DNA of 64,000 bases from Terriglobia bacterium (GCA_035501695.1 DATJVT010000240.1:1389-65388), one strand, 5' to 3'; positions 29,836 through 39,580 are shown, numbered from the stretch's first letter. The notes: generated by a model from the letters alone, not told the origin. Numbers and translations are program-made.

Positions 29836-30638
29836 GGAGCCGCGGGTTCGTCCGAGGCCGCAGCCACCTTGACCAGGGGCATTTCCAACACTTTCTTCGC
29901 GCCCGCCTCCGCGGAATCGAGCGGAGTCGCGGCAACGGAAAACAGGGGTTCGCGCGGCTCGCCGCTCAGGACGCGCGCCACTCCGGCTCGCAGGTGCTCA
30001 AACACGGTGCGCGCGTCGGCTGAGGCGTCGATAATATCGAAATTGTATTCCTTTGCCAGGTTGTCGAATTCCTCCAGCAACCCGGTCTGGTACTTGCGGA
30101 AGCTGTCGTACATATCCTCGCTGGGATGGATATCCATCCCCGATTCCCAATAGTCGAATCCGCGGGAAAAGACCACGCGGGGAACAAGATCATCCACCCC
30201 GATTCGCAGATAAAAGATGGCGTCGGGCTTCAGGGCAAAACCGTAGGCATTGCGAATCCAGCGGGGGTCGGCGCCCCGCACGACCGCTCGCGCCATAAGC
30301 GAGTAAATGTAACGGTCGGTGAGGACCACAAAACCCGCCCGCAGCGCGGGAACGATTTCATGCTCCAGGCGGTCGGCGAAGTCGGTGGCATAGAACAGGC
30401 TTAGAGTGATTCGCCCCAGCGTGTGGCCCTCTTTGGCCTGCTGGATGCCCTTGCCGGCCAGTTCGGAGCGCTTGATGGCGGTGTCGAGGACCGCCCGTCC
30501 CTGCTGTTCCAGCCAGGGGCGCAACAGCCGGATCTGGGTTGAGCGGCCGACGCCATCGGTGCCTTCAATTACGATCAGTTTGCCGGTCAAGTCTGCCAGG
30601 TTCATCCCGGGCAGAGGTGCGGCATAAGTCTCTCTCAC
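29793..30638 (-). CDS. Thymidylate kinase-like P-loop protein with disordered C-terminal tail (paralog B)
   Basis: 281 aa with P-loop IEGTDGVGRSTQ and a DRYIYS motif. The GTG start overlaps the upstream paralog's TGA (GTGA). The 3' end overlaps the convergent CHAD gene by 43 nt. Confidence 0.7.
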   Translation of the reverse strand: MRETYAAPLPGMNLADLTGKLIVIEGTDGVGRSTQIRLLRPWLEQQGRAVLDTAIKRSELAGKGIQQAKEGHTLGRITLSLFYATDFADRLEHEIVPALRAGFVVLTDRYIYSLMARAVVRGADPRWIRNAYGFALKPDAIFYLRIGVDDLVPRVVFSRGFDYWESGMDIHPSEDMYDSFRKYQTGLLEEFDNLAKEYNFDIIDASADARTVFEHLRAGVARVLSGEPREPLFSVAATPLDSAEAGAKKVLEMPLVKVAAASDEPAAPQALASGAEGDANR

Positions 30639-31318
30639 GGCGCTACCCTCAGTCGCTTGGCTTGGGCCAGCTTGGCCTTCACAATCTGCCGCATGTAGGT
30701 CTGCTGACCCTCGATGGGAAGAGTGGCATCGACGGTCGTAAGGTCGAATTCCGGGACCATCTTTTCGTATTCATCCAGAATCCGGCCTTGAAAGATGCGG
30801 AAGCTTTCCTCCGGGTCCTCGCTCAAACCCAGGTCCATTCCCGCCTCGTAATATTTCACTCCCGTGCGTCCGTCCAAAATGCGCTTCATGGCAACGTCCA
30901 GGGGAACGCGGAAAAAGAAAGCGGCGGTGGGCCTCACCGCGAAACTATATAACTCGCGTACCCATTGCCGATCCATTCCGCGCACCACATCGCGCGCGAA
31001 CGCCGTGTAGATGTAGCGGTCGCAGAGCACCACCGCACCGGCCTTGAGCAACGGAAGAATGTTGTGCTCCATGCGGTCGGCAAAGTCGGTGGCATGAATC
31101 AGGGAGAAGGTTGAGGGGGTAAGGCTTTGTTTCTTCTTGCCCCGCTTGGTGGTGTCGCGGACAAGGGGGGAAGAGTTCCATTCGCTGAAGACTACTCCAT
31201 ACCCCTCCGCCTGCAGCCACTGGTGCAGCAGGAGGAGTTGGGTAGACTTTCCTGAGCCATCGATTCCCTCCACCACAAAGAGCTTGCCGGGAAAACGATG
31301 CTCGCCGTACCGTTTCAT
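30635..31318 (-). CDS. Thymidylate kinase-like P-loop protein (paralog A)
   Basis: 227 aa with P-loop VEGIDGSGKSTQ and a DRYIYT motif. It shares ATDFADR.EH.I.P.L.AG.VVL.DRYIY....AR.VVRG.D..W.R..Y.FA..P.A.F with paralog B. Confidence 0.7.
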   Translation of the reverse strand: MKRYGEHRFPGKLFVVEGIDGSGKSTQLLLLHQWLQAEGYGVVFSEWNSSPLVRDTTKRGKKKQSLTPSTFSLIHATDFADRMEHNILPLLKAGAVVLCDRYIYTAFARDVVRGMDRQWVRELYSFAVRPTAAFFFRVPLDVAMKRILDGRTGVKYYEAGMDLGLSEDPEESFRIFQGRILDEYEKMVPEFDLTTVDATLPIEGQQTYMRQIVKAKLAQAKRLRVAP

Positions 31319-31420
31319 GAACGTACCCCAGAGTAATAAACCATGGCTGGATTTGAAACATTAGTGTAACACAGGGCTCGCGAGGAGGGAAAGAAAGCCC
31401 GATTCGTTTCCGCGGTTTTC

Positions 31421-31448
31421 TTGACAACCCACCCCCGCACGTTATAAT
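31421..31448 (+). promoter_or_regulatory. Sigma-70-type promoter of the yceD-rpmF-plsX-fab operon
   Basis: TTGACA (31421-31426), 16-nt spacer, TATAAT (31443-31448). Confidence 0.6.
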
Positions 31449-31474
31449 TAATGTTTTGCGTCGACGAGGCTGGG

Positions 31475-31984
31475 GTGCGCATAACCCTCGCAGAACTAGA
31501 ACTTCACAGTATCACTGCTTCTGAGTCCTACGTGCCGGGGGCGTTGGACTTTCACGGGGCCGAATTCCGGCAGACGACGCCTCTCAAGCTGGACGCCCAG
31601 GCGGAACTCCTGGGTTCGGAAATCCGCATCCGCGGAAAGGTGGCAACCACCCTCGAAGCGGGTTGCGACCGCTGCCTGGGGCCGGTGGTAATCCCCATAA
31701 GCCGTGATTTTGACTTGGTTTACCGGCCGCTTGCGAGTATCGCCAAGGAAGAGGAGATCGAAGTCCCCGCCGACGAGATGGAGGTGGGCTTTTACTCCGG
31801 GGATGGAATCGAGTTGGCCGATGTGGCCCTCGAGCAGGTCATTCTCTCGGTACCCATGAAAGTGATCTGCGGCGTGGAATGCCGGGGCTTGTGCCCGGTT
31901 TGCGGCGCCAATCGCAATCTGACGCAGTGCAACTGCGCACCGCCAGAGCACAGTTCTCCTTTTGCTTCACTTAAGGAGGAGTAA
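31475..31984 (+). CDS. yceD: YceD/DUF177 family protein (23S rRNA accumulation protein)
   Basis: ORF 31451..31984 with the C-terminal CxxxC...CxxC metal-site pattern ([23 protein letters not shown]) and the conserved position upstream of rpmF. ATG 31451 lies only 3 nt after the -10 box, so GTG 31475 (GAGG 7 nt upstream) is preferred. Confidence 0.75.
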   Translation: MRITLAELELHSITASESYVPGALDFHGAEFRQTTPLKLDAQAELLGSEIRIRGKVATTLEAGCDRCLGPVVIPISRDFDLVYRPLASIAKEEEIEVPADEMEVGFYSGDGIELADVALEQVILSVPMKVICGVECRGLCPVCGANRNLTQCNCAPPEHSSPFASLKEE

Positions 31985-32000
31985 GGACAGAAAAGAAACT

Positions 32001-32186
32001 ATGCCGAATCCAAAACGACGACATTCTAAAGCGCGGAAAAACCGGCGCCGGTCCCACGACCATCTGGCGAGGCCTGCCAGCGCCGAATGCCCGCATTGCC
32101 ACGAGTCGAAATTACCCCACCAAGTCTGCCCGCACTGTGGTTATTACAACGGGAAGGAAGTAATTCTGGTGAAGGAATCAGCCTGA
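32001..32186 (+). CDS. rpmF: 50S ribosomal protein L32
   Basis: [19 protein letters not shown]... with a CPHC...CPHCG zinc ribbon. ATG at 32001 lies within ORF 31962..32186. Confidence 0.9.
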   Translation: MPNPKRRHSKARKNRRRSHDHLARPASAECPHCHESKLPHQVCPHCGYYNGKEVILVKESA

Positions 32187-32325
32187 CGTTTCGGCCCCTG
32201 ATTTGGGCAGAGGCAAGGCGTGGCCGCCCCCCCAAGATCAGGGCAAACAAGTGGCGAACTCCAATCGATCCAGCGCGATAACTCCATGCCGCGCCAACTC
32301 GATTCAACGGAATGAACAGATCGCT

Positions 32326-33333
32326 ATGCGACGTATTGCTGTAGACGCCATGGGCACCGACTCAGCGCCCGAGGCGGAACTTGACGGGGCGATTGAAGCC
32401 GCGCGCGCGGGTTACGCGGAGGTTTTGCTGGTCGGACCGCAGGAACGCATTTCCGAGGAACTCCGCCGGCGCAAGGCCCAGGGTCTGCCCATCGAGACCA
32501 TCCACGCCAGTGAAGCGGTCACCATGGGGGATAAGGCTACCAAGGCCTTCCGGCAACGGCGCGATTCCTCCATGCGGGTGGCGGCCCGCCTGGTACATGA
32601 TGGAAAGGCGGATGGGATGATCAGCGCCGGCAATACCGGGGCAGTCATGACCACCGCCAAGATCGTGCTGGGGGCATTGGAGGGAGTGGACCGCCCTGCC
32701 ATCGCCCAGGTGTTCCCCACGTCCCAGGGGACCACCGCGGTGTTGCTCGACGTGGGGGCCAACGTTGATTGCAAGCCCCATCACCTGGTGGAGTTTGCAG
32801 TGATGGGCGAGACGTACTACCGCGTGATCTTCGGAGTGGACCGGCCGCGCATCGGTCTGCTCTCGATCGGACAAGAGGACCACAAGGGAAACGAGTTGAC
32901 ACGCGATGCGCTGGCCTTGCTCAAACAACTTCCCACAAATTTCATCGGGAATGTTGAAGGCCGCGACCTCTACAATGGAAGCGTGGAAGTGATTGTCTGC
33001 GACGGTTTTGTTGGCAATGTGGCTTTGAAGGTCAGCGAGGGTCTCATCGAGGCAGTTTACAGCCTTCTCAAAGAGGCGCTCTCGAGCACACTCTCCTCCA
33101 AGGTTGGTTATGTGCTGGCGCGCAAGGCCTTCCGGAATTTCAAGAAACGGGTGGATTATTCCGAATACGGCGGCGCGCCGCTGCTCGGCGTGAAGGGCGT
33201 GTGCATCATTTGTCACGGTGGTTCAAACCCCAACGCCATTAAGAACGCCATTCGTGTGGCGGCAGAGTTCTCCACCGGAAAAGTGAATGAGAAGATCGAA
33301 CGCGAACTGGCGTTGGCTTCCTTGGGAAGGTAA
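32326..33333 (+). CDS. plsX: Phosphate acyltransferase PlsX
   Basis: ATG 32326 gives [26 protein letters not shown].... It also has the conserved GFVGNVALK motif and the rpmF-plsX-fabH synteny. Confidence 0.9.
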   Translation: MRRIAVDAMGTDSAPEAELDGAIEAARAGYAEVLLVGPQERISEELRRRKAQGLPIETIHASEAVTMGDKATKAFRQRRDSSMRVAARLVHDGKADGMISAGNTGAVMTTAKIVLGALEGVDRPAIAQVFPTSQGTTAVLLDVGANVDCKPHHLVEFAVMGETYYRVIFGVDRPRIGLLSIGQEDHKGNELTRDALALLKQLPTNFIGNVEGRDLYNGSVEVIVCDGFVGNVALKVSEGLIEAVYSLLKEALSSTLSSKVGYVLARKAFRNFKKRVDYSEYGGAPLLGVKGVCIICHGGSNPNAIKNAIRVAAEFSTGKVNEKIERELALASLGR

Positions 33334-33489
33334 GTCATTGCGCGATTGAAACATCGGCCCATTGGATCATTAAGAGACCTGTGCAGGAATCATCCTCTCG
33401 GGATTATTCAACAATCCCTGCGGCGCTTACAAGGGTCCTTCGATGCTCCAACCATGCCATGGCCAATTGATCCGATGACCTGATAACCG
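33334..33489. repeat. Heptamer/octamer-arm element E5 (plsX-fabH spacer)
   Basis: The left array nnnCATTG/ATCG spans 33334-33374 and starts immediately after the plsX stop. The right array (TGATCC/GATGACC/TGATAAC) spans 33451-33489. Partial complementarity: CATCGG..CATTGG versus CCAATTGATCCGATG. This is a weaker example. Confidence 0.4.
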
Positions 33490-33514
33490 GACGTTGCATT
33501 TCTCAGGAGTTGAT

Positions 33515-34495
33515 ATGTTATTTGCAGGGGTGCTGGGCACGGGTTCAGCCTTGCCGGAAAAGGTAATCACCAACGCGGACCTGGAGAAGATGGTGGATAC
33601 CTCCGACGAGTGGATCACCACGCGCACCGGCATCCGCGAGCGCCGTCAGGCCGGGCCCCATGAGACTACTTCGACGCTATCGGTGCGGGCTGCGCGGCGA
33701 GCTCTCGAAAAGACCGGAATCGGCGCCTCCGATCTTGACCTGATCATCTGTTCCACGATATCGCCGGATATGCCCCTGCCCTCCACGGCCTCGCTAATCC
33801 AGCGCGAACTGGGGGCGCGCGGTTGCTGCGCTTTTGACCTGGCCGCCGCCTGCTCTGGCTTTCTCTTCGGCATCACGGTGGCAGAGCAGTTCATCCGCAC
33901 CGGCACATCGAGGCGGGTGCTGGTGATCGGGGCTGAACTGCTCTCTCGCTACATTGACTATACAGACCGCGCGACATGTGTCATCTTCGGCGATGGCGTG
34001 GCGGCCGCAGTGTTGGGGCCGGTCGAACCGCCCTCGGGAATCCTGGCCCACGAACTTCACACGGAAGGCCAATACGCCGATCACCTCTTCATCCCGGCGG
34101 GCGGAACAGCCCTGCCCGCTACCTGCCAAACGGTGGCGCAAGGTGCGCATTACATCAAGATGCGAGGAAACGAATTATTCAAGGTGGCAGTGCGCAATCT
34201 CGAAGATGTCTCGCGCCAGGTCATGAAAAAGGCCGGACTCACGACGGAAGACGTCGACCTCTTTATCCCCCACCAGGCGAACCAGCGCATCAACGATGCT
34301 GTACGCGAGAGGTTGGGAGTGAAACCCGAAAAGGTCTATTCAAATATCAGCCGCGTCGGCAACACCTCCTCGGCTTCCATTCCCATCTGCCTGGATGAAT
34401 GCGTGCAGAACGGCCGATTAAAGAAGGGCAACCTGGTGCTGATGTCGGCATTTGGAGCCGGTGTCACGTGGGGGGCGGTTCTAATGAGGTGGTGA
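33515..34495 (+). CDS. fabH: Beta-ketoacyl-ACP synthase III
   Basis: ATG 33515 with AGGAG upstream gives MLFAGVLGTGSALPEKVITNADLEKMVDTSDEWI.... Active-site context AACSGF, plus ...HQANQRI... and ...GNTSSASIP.... Confidence 0.9.
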   Translation: MLFAGVLGTGSALPEKVITNADLEKMVDTSDEWITTRTGIRERRQAGPHETTSTLSVRAARRALEKTGIGASDLDLIICSTISPDMPLPSTASLIQRELGARGCCAFDLAAACSGFLFGITVAEQFIRTGTSRRVLVIGAELLSRYIDYTDRATCVIFGDGVAAAVLGPVEPPSGILAHELHTEGQYADHLFIPAGGTALPATCQTVAQGAHYIKMRGNELFKVAVRNLEDVSRQVMKKAGLTTEDVDLFIPHQANQRINDAVRERLGVKPEKVYSNISRVGNTSSASIPICLDECVQNGRLKKGNLVLMSAFGAGVTWGAVLMRW

Positions 34496-34496
34496 T

Positions 34497-34571
34497 TGAG
34501 AAAGGATAAAGTATAAAGGTTAAAGGCTGGAGGATGACCTTCGACTCATAGCCATTATCTATTATCTCTCA
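34497..34571. repeat. Heptamer-arm element E6 (AAAGGAT/AAAGTAT/AAAGGTT versus CCATTAT/CTATTAT/CTCTCAG; fabH-fabD spacer)
   Basis: The period-7 purine-rich array starts 1 nt after the fabH stop. The pyrimidine-rich partner lies at 34551-34571. Pairing is imperfect. Confidence 0.5.
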
Positions 34572-34575
34572 GCAT

Positions 34576-35547
34576 TTGAAGAGCTTACAGGGTCACGGTG
34601 TGAAGATAGCGTACATATTTCCAGGGCAAGGATCGCAGTACCCCGGCATGGGGCGGGATTTGGCGCAGAGCTTTGTCCAAGCCATGAAAGCCTTCGAGGC
34701 TTCGGATGCCGCGTTGGGGTTCCCTATATCGCGGCTTTGCTTTGAAGGGCCGGCAGAGGATCTGCAACTGACCGCGAACACCCAACCGGCCATTCTTACG
34801 GTTTCCGCGGCGGCCGCGGCCGTCCTGCGCGAGAAGGGGGTTCATCCTGATTTTGTTGCCGGGCACAGCCTGGGGGAGTATTCGGCGCTCGTGGCGGCCG
34901 GCTCCTTGAGTCTAACCGATGCCGTCCGGTTGGTACGCAAGCGCGGCCAATACATGCAGGAAGCAGTGCCGGTGGGCCAAGGGGCCATGGCAGCGATTCT
35001 AGGATTGGACGGCGCCGTGCTGGAAGAAGTCTGCCGCGAAGCCGCCCATGGGGAGGTAGTCTCCCCGGCGAATCTGAATTCACCGGGACAAGTCGTTATC
35101 GCCGGCAGCGCCGGCGCGGTGGCCAGGGCTGTGGATATAGCCAAAAGCCGGGGCGCCAAACGCGCTATCATGCTCAACGTCAGCGCACCCTTTCACTGCG
35201 GTCTGATGAAGCCCGCGCAGGACCGCCTGAGCGCCGACCTCGACGCCACTCACCTGGACGACTTGCAAGTCCCCCTGGTGAACAATGTGGGCGCGCAGAT
35301 CGTGAGTTCCGCGCCCGTGGCTCGCGAGGGACTGAAGCAGCAGGTTACCTCTCCCGTACGCTGGGAGGAATCGATCCGGCGGTTGCGCGCCGAGGGGGTA
35401 GACCTGTTTGTGGAGGTCGGCCCCGGCAAAGTTCTTTGCGGCTTGGTGCGTCAGATCGACCGCGGGGCCGAGTGCCTCCACGTAGAAGACGCAGCGACAC
35501 TGAGCCAGGCCGTGGTACGTTTGGCACCGAAGGCGGGAACATCGTAG
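34576..35547 (+). CDS. fabD: Malonyl-CoA-ACP transacylase
   Basis: FPGQGSQYPGMG and active-site GHSLGEYSALV. The start is TTG 34576 or GTG 34600. Confidence 0.9.
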   Translation: MKSLQGHGVKIAYIFPGQGSQYPGMGRDLAQSFVQAMKAFEASDAALGFPISRLCFEGPAEDLQLTANTQPAILTVSAAAAAVLREKGVHPDFVAGHSLGEYSALVAAGSLSLTDAVRLVRKRGQYMQEAVPVGQGAMAAILGLDGAVLEEVCREAAHGEVVSPANLNSPGQVVIAGSAGAVARAVDIAKSRGAKRAIMLNVSAPFHCGLMKPAQDRLSADLDATHLDDLQVPLVNNVGAQIVSSAPVAREGLKQQVTSPVRWEESIRRLRAEGVDLFVEVGPGKVLCGLVRQIDRGAECLHVEDAATLSQAVVRLAPKAGTS

Positions 35548-35646
35548 TGGGCGGGTACCACAGGAGGGGAGTGCGAGCGCGCCCCCTGCCATCTACGCAT
35601 CCAAAAACATATTTGATGATCCGGTCAGATAGGAGATAGTAAGACC

Positions 35647-36393
35647 ATGCCAAGCTTGGAGGGACAAGTCGCGATTGTAACGGGCGGGGCGCAGGGAATT
35701 GGCCGCGCCACCGTGATGGCCTTGGCCGGAGCCGGCGCCAAGATTGCATTGACCAACATCCGGTGCGCCAAACTTGACCAGACCATCCAGGAACTGAAAG
35801 ACATGGGTCGCGAGGCGCTTAAATTCTGTGTCGATGTGACCAGCGTTGAGGCGGTGCAGGAGATGGTCGATCAGACCATGGCGAATTGGGGCAGGATCGA
35901 TATTCTGGTAAACAATGCGGGCATTACCAAGGACAATCTGGTGATGCGCATGAAGACGGCAGATTGGGAGGCCGTGCTGAAAACCAATCTGGATGGAACG
36001 TTCTACTGTACGCGCGCCGTTCTTCCCCATATGGTGCGGGCACGTTACGGGCGCATCATTAACATTGCTTCCGTGGTGGCGCAGGCCGGTAACGTAGGAC
36101 AAGCCAACTACATCGCGTCCAAGGCCGGCATCATCGGCCTTACCAAGGCCGTGGCGGCGGAGGTGGCCCGGCGCAATATTACGGTAAACGCCATTGCCCC
36201 CGGATTTATCGCGACCCCCATGACGGAGGTCCTTCCGCAGGAAATCAAGGAGAAGATGCTCAGTGTGATCCCCATCGGACGCATGGGCACGGATGCGGAA
36301 GTGGCGCACGGGGTGTTTTTCCTGGCCCAACCGGAAACCAGCTATATCACCGGTCATGTTCTGAACATCAATGGCGGCATGTTCATGGCCTAG
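35647..36393 (+). CDS. fabG: 3-oxoacyl-ACP reductase
   Basis: 248 aa with TGGAQGIG, NNAG, YIASKAG, and its fab operon context. Confidence 0.9.
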   Translation: MPSLEGQVAIVTGGAQGIGRATVMALAGAGAKIALTNIRCAKLDQTIQELKDMGREALKFCVDVTSVEAVQEMVDQTMANWGRIDILVNNAGITKDNLVMRMKTADWEAVLKTNLDGTFYCTRAVLPHMVRARYGRIINIASVVAQAGNVGQANYIASKAGIIGLTKAVAAEVARRNITVNAIAPGFIATPMTEVLPQEIKEKMLSVIPIGRMGTDAEVAHGVFFLAQPETSYITGHVLNINGGMFMA

Positions 36394-36495
36394 GTCAGGG
36401 ACGATGGACGAAGGCCTTTATAAGGAGACTGGAAACGGGGCCAATTTCCAGTGTCGAAGCTCAATCGGTAATCGACAATCGTCAATCGTCAATGC
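36394..36495. repeat. Heptamer-arm element E7 (GTCAGGG/ACGATGG/ACGAAGG versus TCAATCG/GTAATCG/ACAATCG/TCAATCG/TCAATGC; fabG-acpP spacer)
   Basis: It starts at the nucleotide after the fabG stop. CCATCGT (the reverse complement of the left unit) differs from the right unit CAATCGT at one position. The unique centre contains its own 8-bp hairpin, ACTGGAAA...TTTCCAGT (36428-36452). Confidence 0.65.
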
Positions 36496-36536
36496 TAGAA
36501 TGAGCCGCCCGATGCAACCTTGAGGAGGAGGAACTG

Positions 36537-36779
36537 ATGGCTTCGCCCGAAGAGAAGGTGAAACAGATTATTGTGGAGCAGTTGGGAGTGGACGAGGCGG
36601 AAGTGACGCCCACCGCGCACTTCGTCGACGATCTGGGCGCCGATTCGCTGGACATCGTGGAATTGGTGATGGCCTTTGAAGAGGCCTTCGAGATCGAAAT
36701 TCCCGATGAGGACGCGGAGAAGATTACCACCGTTAAAGACGCCATTGAGTATATTCAAGCCCACACCAAGAAGAACTGA
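36537..36779 (+). CDS. acpP: Acyl carrier protein
   Basis: 80 aa with the phosphopantetheine site [14 protein letters not shown]. Confidence 0.95.
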   Translation: MASPEEKVKQIIVEQLGVDEAEVTPTAHFVDDLGADSLDIVELVMAFEEAFEIEIPDEDAEKITTVKDAIEYIQAHTKKN

Positions 36780-36815
36780 CCAGCACAGGGCAGGTCTCCA
36801 CAGGAGGAGTACAGC

Positions 36816-38057
36816 TTGAACCGGAGAGTCGTCGTGACCGGTGTGGGTTTGCTCACCGCCGTCGGCCTCGACACAGCGGAGTCGTGGCGGAATCTTCTGG
36901 CTGGCAAGAGTGGCGTGGCGCCCATCACCCATTTTGATACCACAGGCTTCAGCTCGACAATTGCGGCGGAAGTCAAGGGGTTCGACCCCTTTCAGTTCAT
37001 TGAGAAGAAAGAGCTGAAGAAGATGGGGCTGTTCATCATCTTCGCCCTGGCAGCCGCACAGGAGGCAATGAAGCAGTCACAGCTCCAAATCACAGCCGAC
37101 ATCGCCGAGCGCGTGGGTGTCTTTATTGGTTCGGGCATCGGGGGATTTGATGTCATCGAGCGCGAGCACACCGCGCTCATGCAAGGCGGCCCGCGCCGCA
37201 TATCGCCCTTCTTCATTCCGGCAGCCATCGTCAACCTGGCCTCCGGCCATGTCTCCATCCGGTATGGGGCCAAGGGACCCAACTCCGCCACCTGCACCGC
37301 TTGCTCCTCCAGCGCCCACGCTGTGGGTGATTCCTTCAAACTCATCCAGCGCTGTGCCGCCGACGTGATGATTTGCGGCGGCGCCGAAGCTGCCATTACC
37401 CCCATGGGGGTGGGCGGCTTTGCCTCCATGCGCGCGCTTTCCACCCGCAATAACGACCCGGAGAAGGCCAGCCGCCCGTTTGATAAGGATCGGGACGGTT
37501 TTGTGATCGGAGAAGGAGCGGGCATCCTGATTCTGGAAGGACTCGATTTCGCCGTCCAGCGCGGCGCGACGATCCTGGCGGAAGTTGTTGGCTACGGCAT
37601 GTCGGGCGACGCTTTCCACATTACTGCCCCGGATGAGACTGGGGATGGAGCCGTGCGCGCCATGCGGGCCACTCTCGCCGACGCCGCGATTACTCCAGAA
37701 CAAGTCAGCTACATCAACGCCCATGGCACTTCTACCCCGTACAACGATCGTATAGAGACCCTGGCCATCAAGAAGGTCTTCGGCGAACACGCCTATAGGA
37801 TTCCGGTGAGTTCCACCAAGTCCATGACCGGCCACCTGCTAGGCGGGGCGGGCGGCGTTGAAGCGGGCATCACGGTTCTCTCCCTGCACGAACAGGTGGT
37901 TCCTCCCACCATCAATCTGGAAAACCCCGACCCCGATTGCGACCTTGACTACGTCCCCCACCGCGCCCGCAAGACGGAGCTGGAATACGCCCTCTCCAAC
38001 TCATTCGGTTTCGGCGGCACCAATGCTGCCCTGCTGCTGAAGCGGTATGCGGGGTAA
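36816..38057 (+). CDS. fabF: Beta-ketoacyl-ACP synthase II
   Basis: 413 aa. TTG start with AGGAGG upstream. Contains ...ATCTACSSSAHA..., HGTSTP and ...SFGFGGTNAALL. Confidence 0.9.
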   Translation: MNRRVVVTGVGLLTAVGLDTAESWRNLLAGKSGVAPITHFDTTGFSSTIAAEVKGFDPFQFIEKKELKKMGLFIIFALAAAQEAMKQSQLQITADIAERVGVFIGSGIGGFDVIEREHTALMQGGPRRISPFFIPAAIVNLASGHVSIRYGAKGPNSATCTACSSSAHAVGDSFKLIQRCAADVMICGGAEAAITPMGVGGFASMRALSTRNNDPEKASRPFDKDRDGFVIGEGAGILILEGLDFAVQRGATILAEVVGYGMSGDAFHITAPDETGDGAVRAMRATLADAAITPEQVSYINAHGTSTPYNDRIETLAIKKVFGEHAYRIPVSSTKSMTGHLLGGAGGVEAGITVLSLHEQVVPPTINLENPDPDCDLDYVPHRARKTELEYALSNSFGFGGTNAALLLKRYAG

Positions 38058-38063
38058 AGAGCA

Positions 38064-39221
38064 ATGCAGATAACCCGCGTCCGACCGCTCGTCATGGGTA
38101 CTCCCTGGCGCAATCTCATCTTTCTCATAGTCGATACCGACGAGGGGCTGAGCGGCGTCGGCGAAGTTCGCATGGTCAACAATACGGATGCGGTGCTGGG
38201 TTATCTGTCGGAAGCGGCGGCGCGTCATGTGATCGGCAGGGATCCGTTCGACCGCGAACTCATCGTGGACACCATGCGGCGGCATGATTACAGCCGAGCC
38301 GGCGAAGTCACCATGAGCGGCATCGCCCTGGTGGAAATGGCGTGCTGGGACATCGTGGGAAAAGCGCTGAACCAACCCGTCTATCGGCTGATGGGAGGCG
38401 CGGTCCGCCAGAAAATCAAGGCGTATGCCAACGGCTGGTACACGGTGGAGCGGACGCCGGAAGAGTTTGCGAAGGCCGCGCAGCGGGTGGTGGACCGGGG
38501 CTATCGGGCCGCCAAGCTGGATCCTTTCGGAGCGGGATTCTACGAGCTCGAACGCGAAGAACTCCTACGTTCCATCTCCCTGGTGGAAGCTGTCCGGGAC
38601 GCCGTGGGACCGGATTTCGAAATTCTGATCGAGATGCACGGACGCTTCAACCCCATCACGGCCATCCAGATCGCCAGGGAACTTGAGCCGTTTCGGCCGG
38701 GTTGGCTGGAAGAGCCGGTGCCGCCGGAGAATCTACGCGCCCTCCAGAAGGTGGCCGAAGCCGTGCATCAGCCCATCGCCACCGGCGAACGCCTTCACAC
38801 CCGGTTTGATTGCCGGGAATTGTTCGAACTCCAGGCGTGCGATATCGTCCAAATCGATTTGTCGCATTTCGGCGGGATTTCCGAGGCGCGCAAGCTGGCC
38901 GCGTGGGCGGAAGCCTATTACCTGCTCATGGCGCCCCACAACGTGTGCGGACCTGTGGCGACGGCCGCGAACCTGCACCTGGACGCGTGCACGCCGAATT
39001 TCAAAATCCAGGAGCACTTCAACGACTTCGCCGACGCCTGGGTGAAGGGTGCGGTGGACCACTATCCCGAAGTCGTCGATGGTTACTTCGAGCTTCCGGA
39101 CCGGCCGGGCCTCGGGGTTAATTTGGTGGAAGAGTTCGTTGCTGAACATCCCCGCCAGCAGGTGTTTTTCAATCTGTTCGCAGAAGGCTGGCAGAAGCGC
39201 CAGGCGAAAGCACAAGGCTGA
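38064..39221 (+). CDS. Enolase-superfamily enzyme (mandelate racemase/muconate lactonizing family; sugar-acid dehydratase-like)
   Basis: 385 aa: MQITRVRPLVMGTPWRNLIFLIVDTDEGLSGVGE... with an MR/MLE barrel (…LIEMHGRFN…, …WLEEPVPPEN…). Confidence 0.8.
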   Translation: MQITRVRPLVMGTPWRNLIFLIVDTDEGLSGVGEVRMVNNTDAVLGYLSEAAARHVIGRDPFDRELIVDTMRRHDYSRAGEVTMSGIALVEMACWDIVGKALNQPVYRLMGGAVRQKIKAYANGWYTVERTPEEFAKAAQRVVDRGYRAAKLDPFGAGFYELEREELLRSISLVEAVRDAVGPDFEILIEMHGRFNPITAIQIARELEPFRPGWLEEPVPPENLRALQKVAEAVHQPIATGERLHTRFDCRELFELQACDIVQIDLSHFGGISEARKLAAWAEAYYLLMAPHNVCGPVATAANLHLDACTPNFKIQEHFNDFADAWVKGAVDHYPEVVDGYFELPDRPGLGVNLVEEFVAEHPRQQVFFNLFAEGWQKRQAKAQG

Positions 39222-39412
39222 ACCCGCAGATGCTCGACGGTGCCGTCGCGTTGGGCTTCGACGGCACTCGCGCGGCGCTGCTCCTCAAGGGCTTTCTGGG
39301 GAATTGAGATCGTGAACCAGGTCAGTCTCTGAAATCTCCGCGAGCAAAAATGGGGGACGCCACGGGGTTATTCACGCGCCGTGGCGACGCTCGAGGGGGG
39401 TTAGAACGCGGG

Positions 39413-39580
39413 TTATCCGGCGTAATCAGATTGAATCTTGAGCTTTTTGCCGGCGATGACATTGATCTTCTCTTGATAGATGATCTGCCCGTCGGCATTT
39501 CGCAGTTCGAAGGTGTGGGTGCCGGCACGTAGTTGGAACTTCTTCAGTTGGCCCGTGCGGCCCCCATATCCGCCATCCAC
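39413..39580 (-). pseudogene. Orphan PEGA-domain-like C-terminal fragment (possible gene remnant or very small CDS)
   Basis: In the frame of ORF 39413..39820, only the last ~60 codons look protein-like (DQIIVDGGYGGRTGQLKKFQLRAGTHTFELRNADGQIIYQEKINVIAGKKLKIQ, a PEGA pattern). Upstream of 39606 the frame overlaps the DinB gene. The only candidate start is GTG 39580, which has a weak SD. Confidence 0.25.

Noticed and set aside
31451-31474. ATG 31451 as the yceD start
   Set aside because: It lies only 3 nt downstream of a perfect TATAAT box, so it would be at or upstream of the transcription start. GTG 31475, with GAGG upstream, fits better.
39240-39267. 9-bp hairpin GTGCCGTCG...CGACGGCAC after the enolase-superfamily gene, considered as an intrinsic terminator
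   Set aside because: No T-tract follows on either strand, so it is not a canonical rho-independent terminator. It may still be a structural 3' element. The same applies to CGCCACGG...CCGTGGCG at about 39358-39386.
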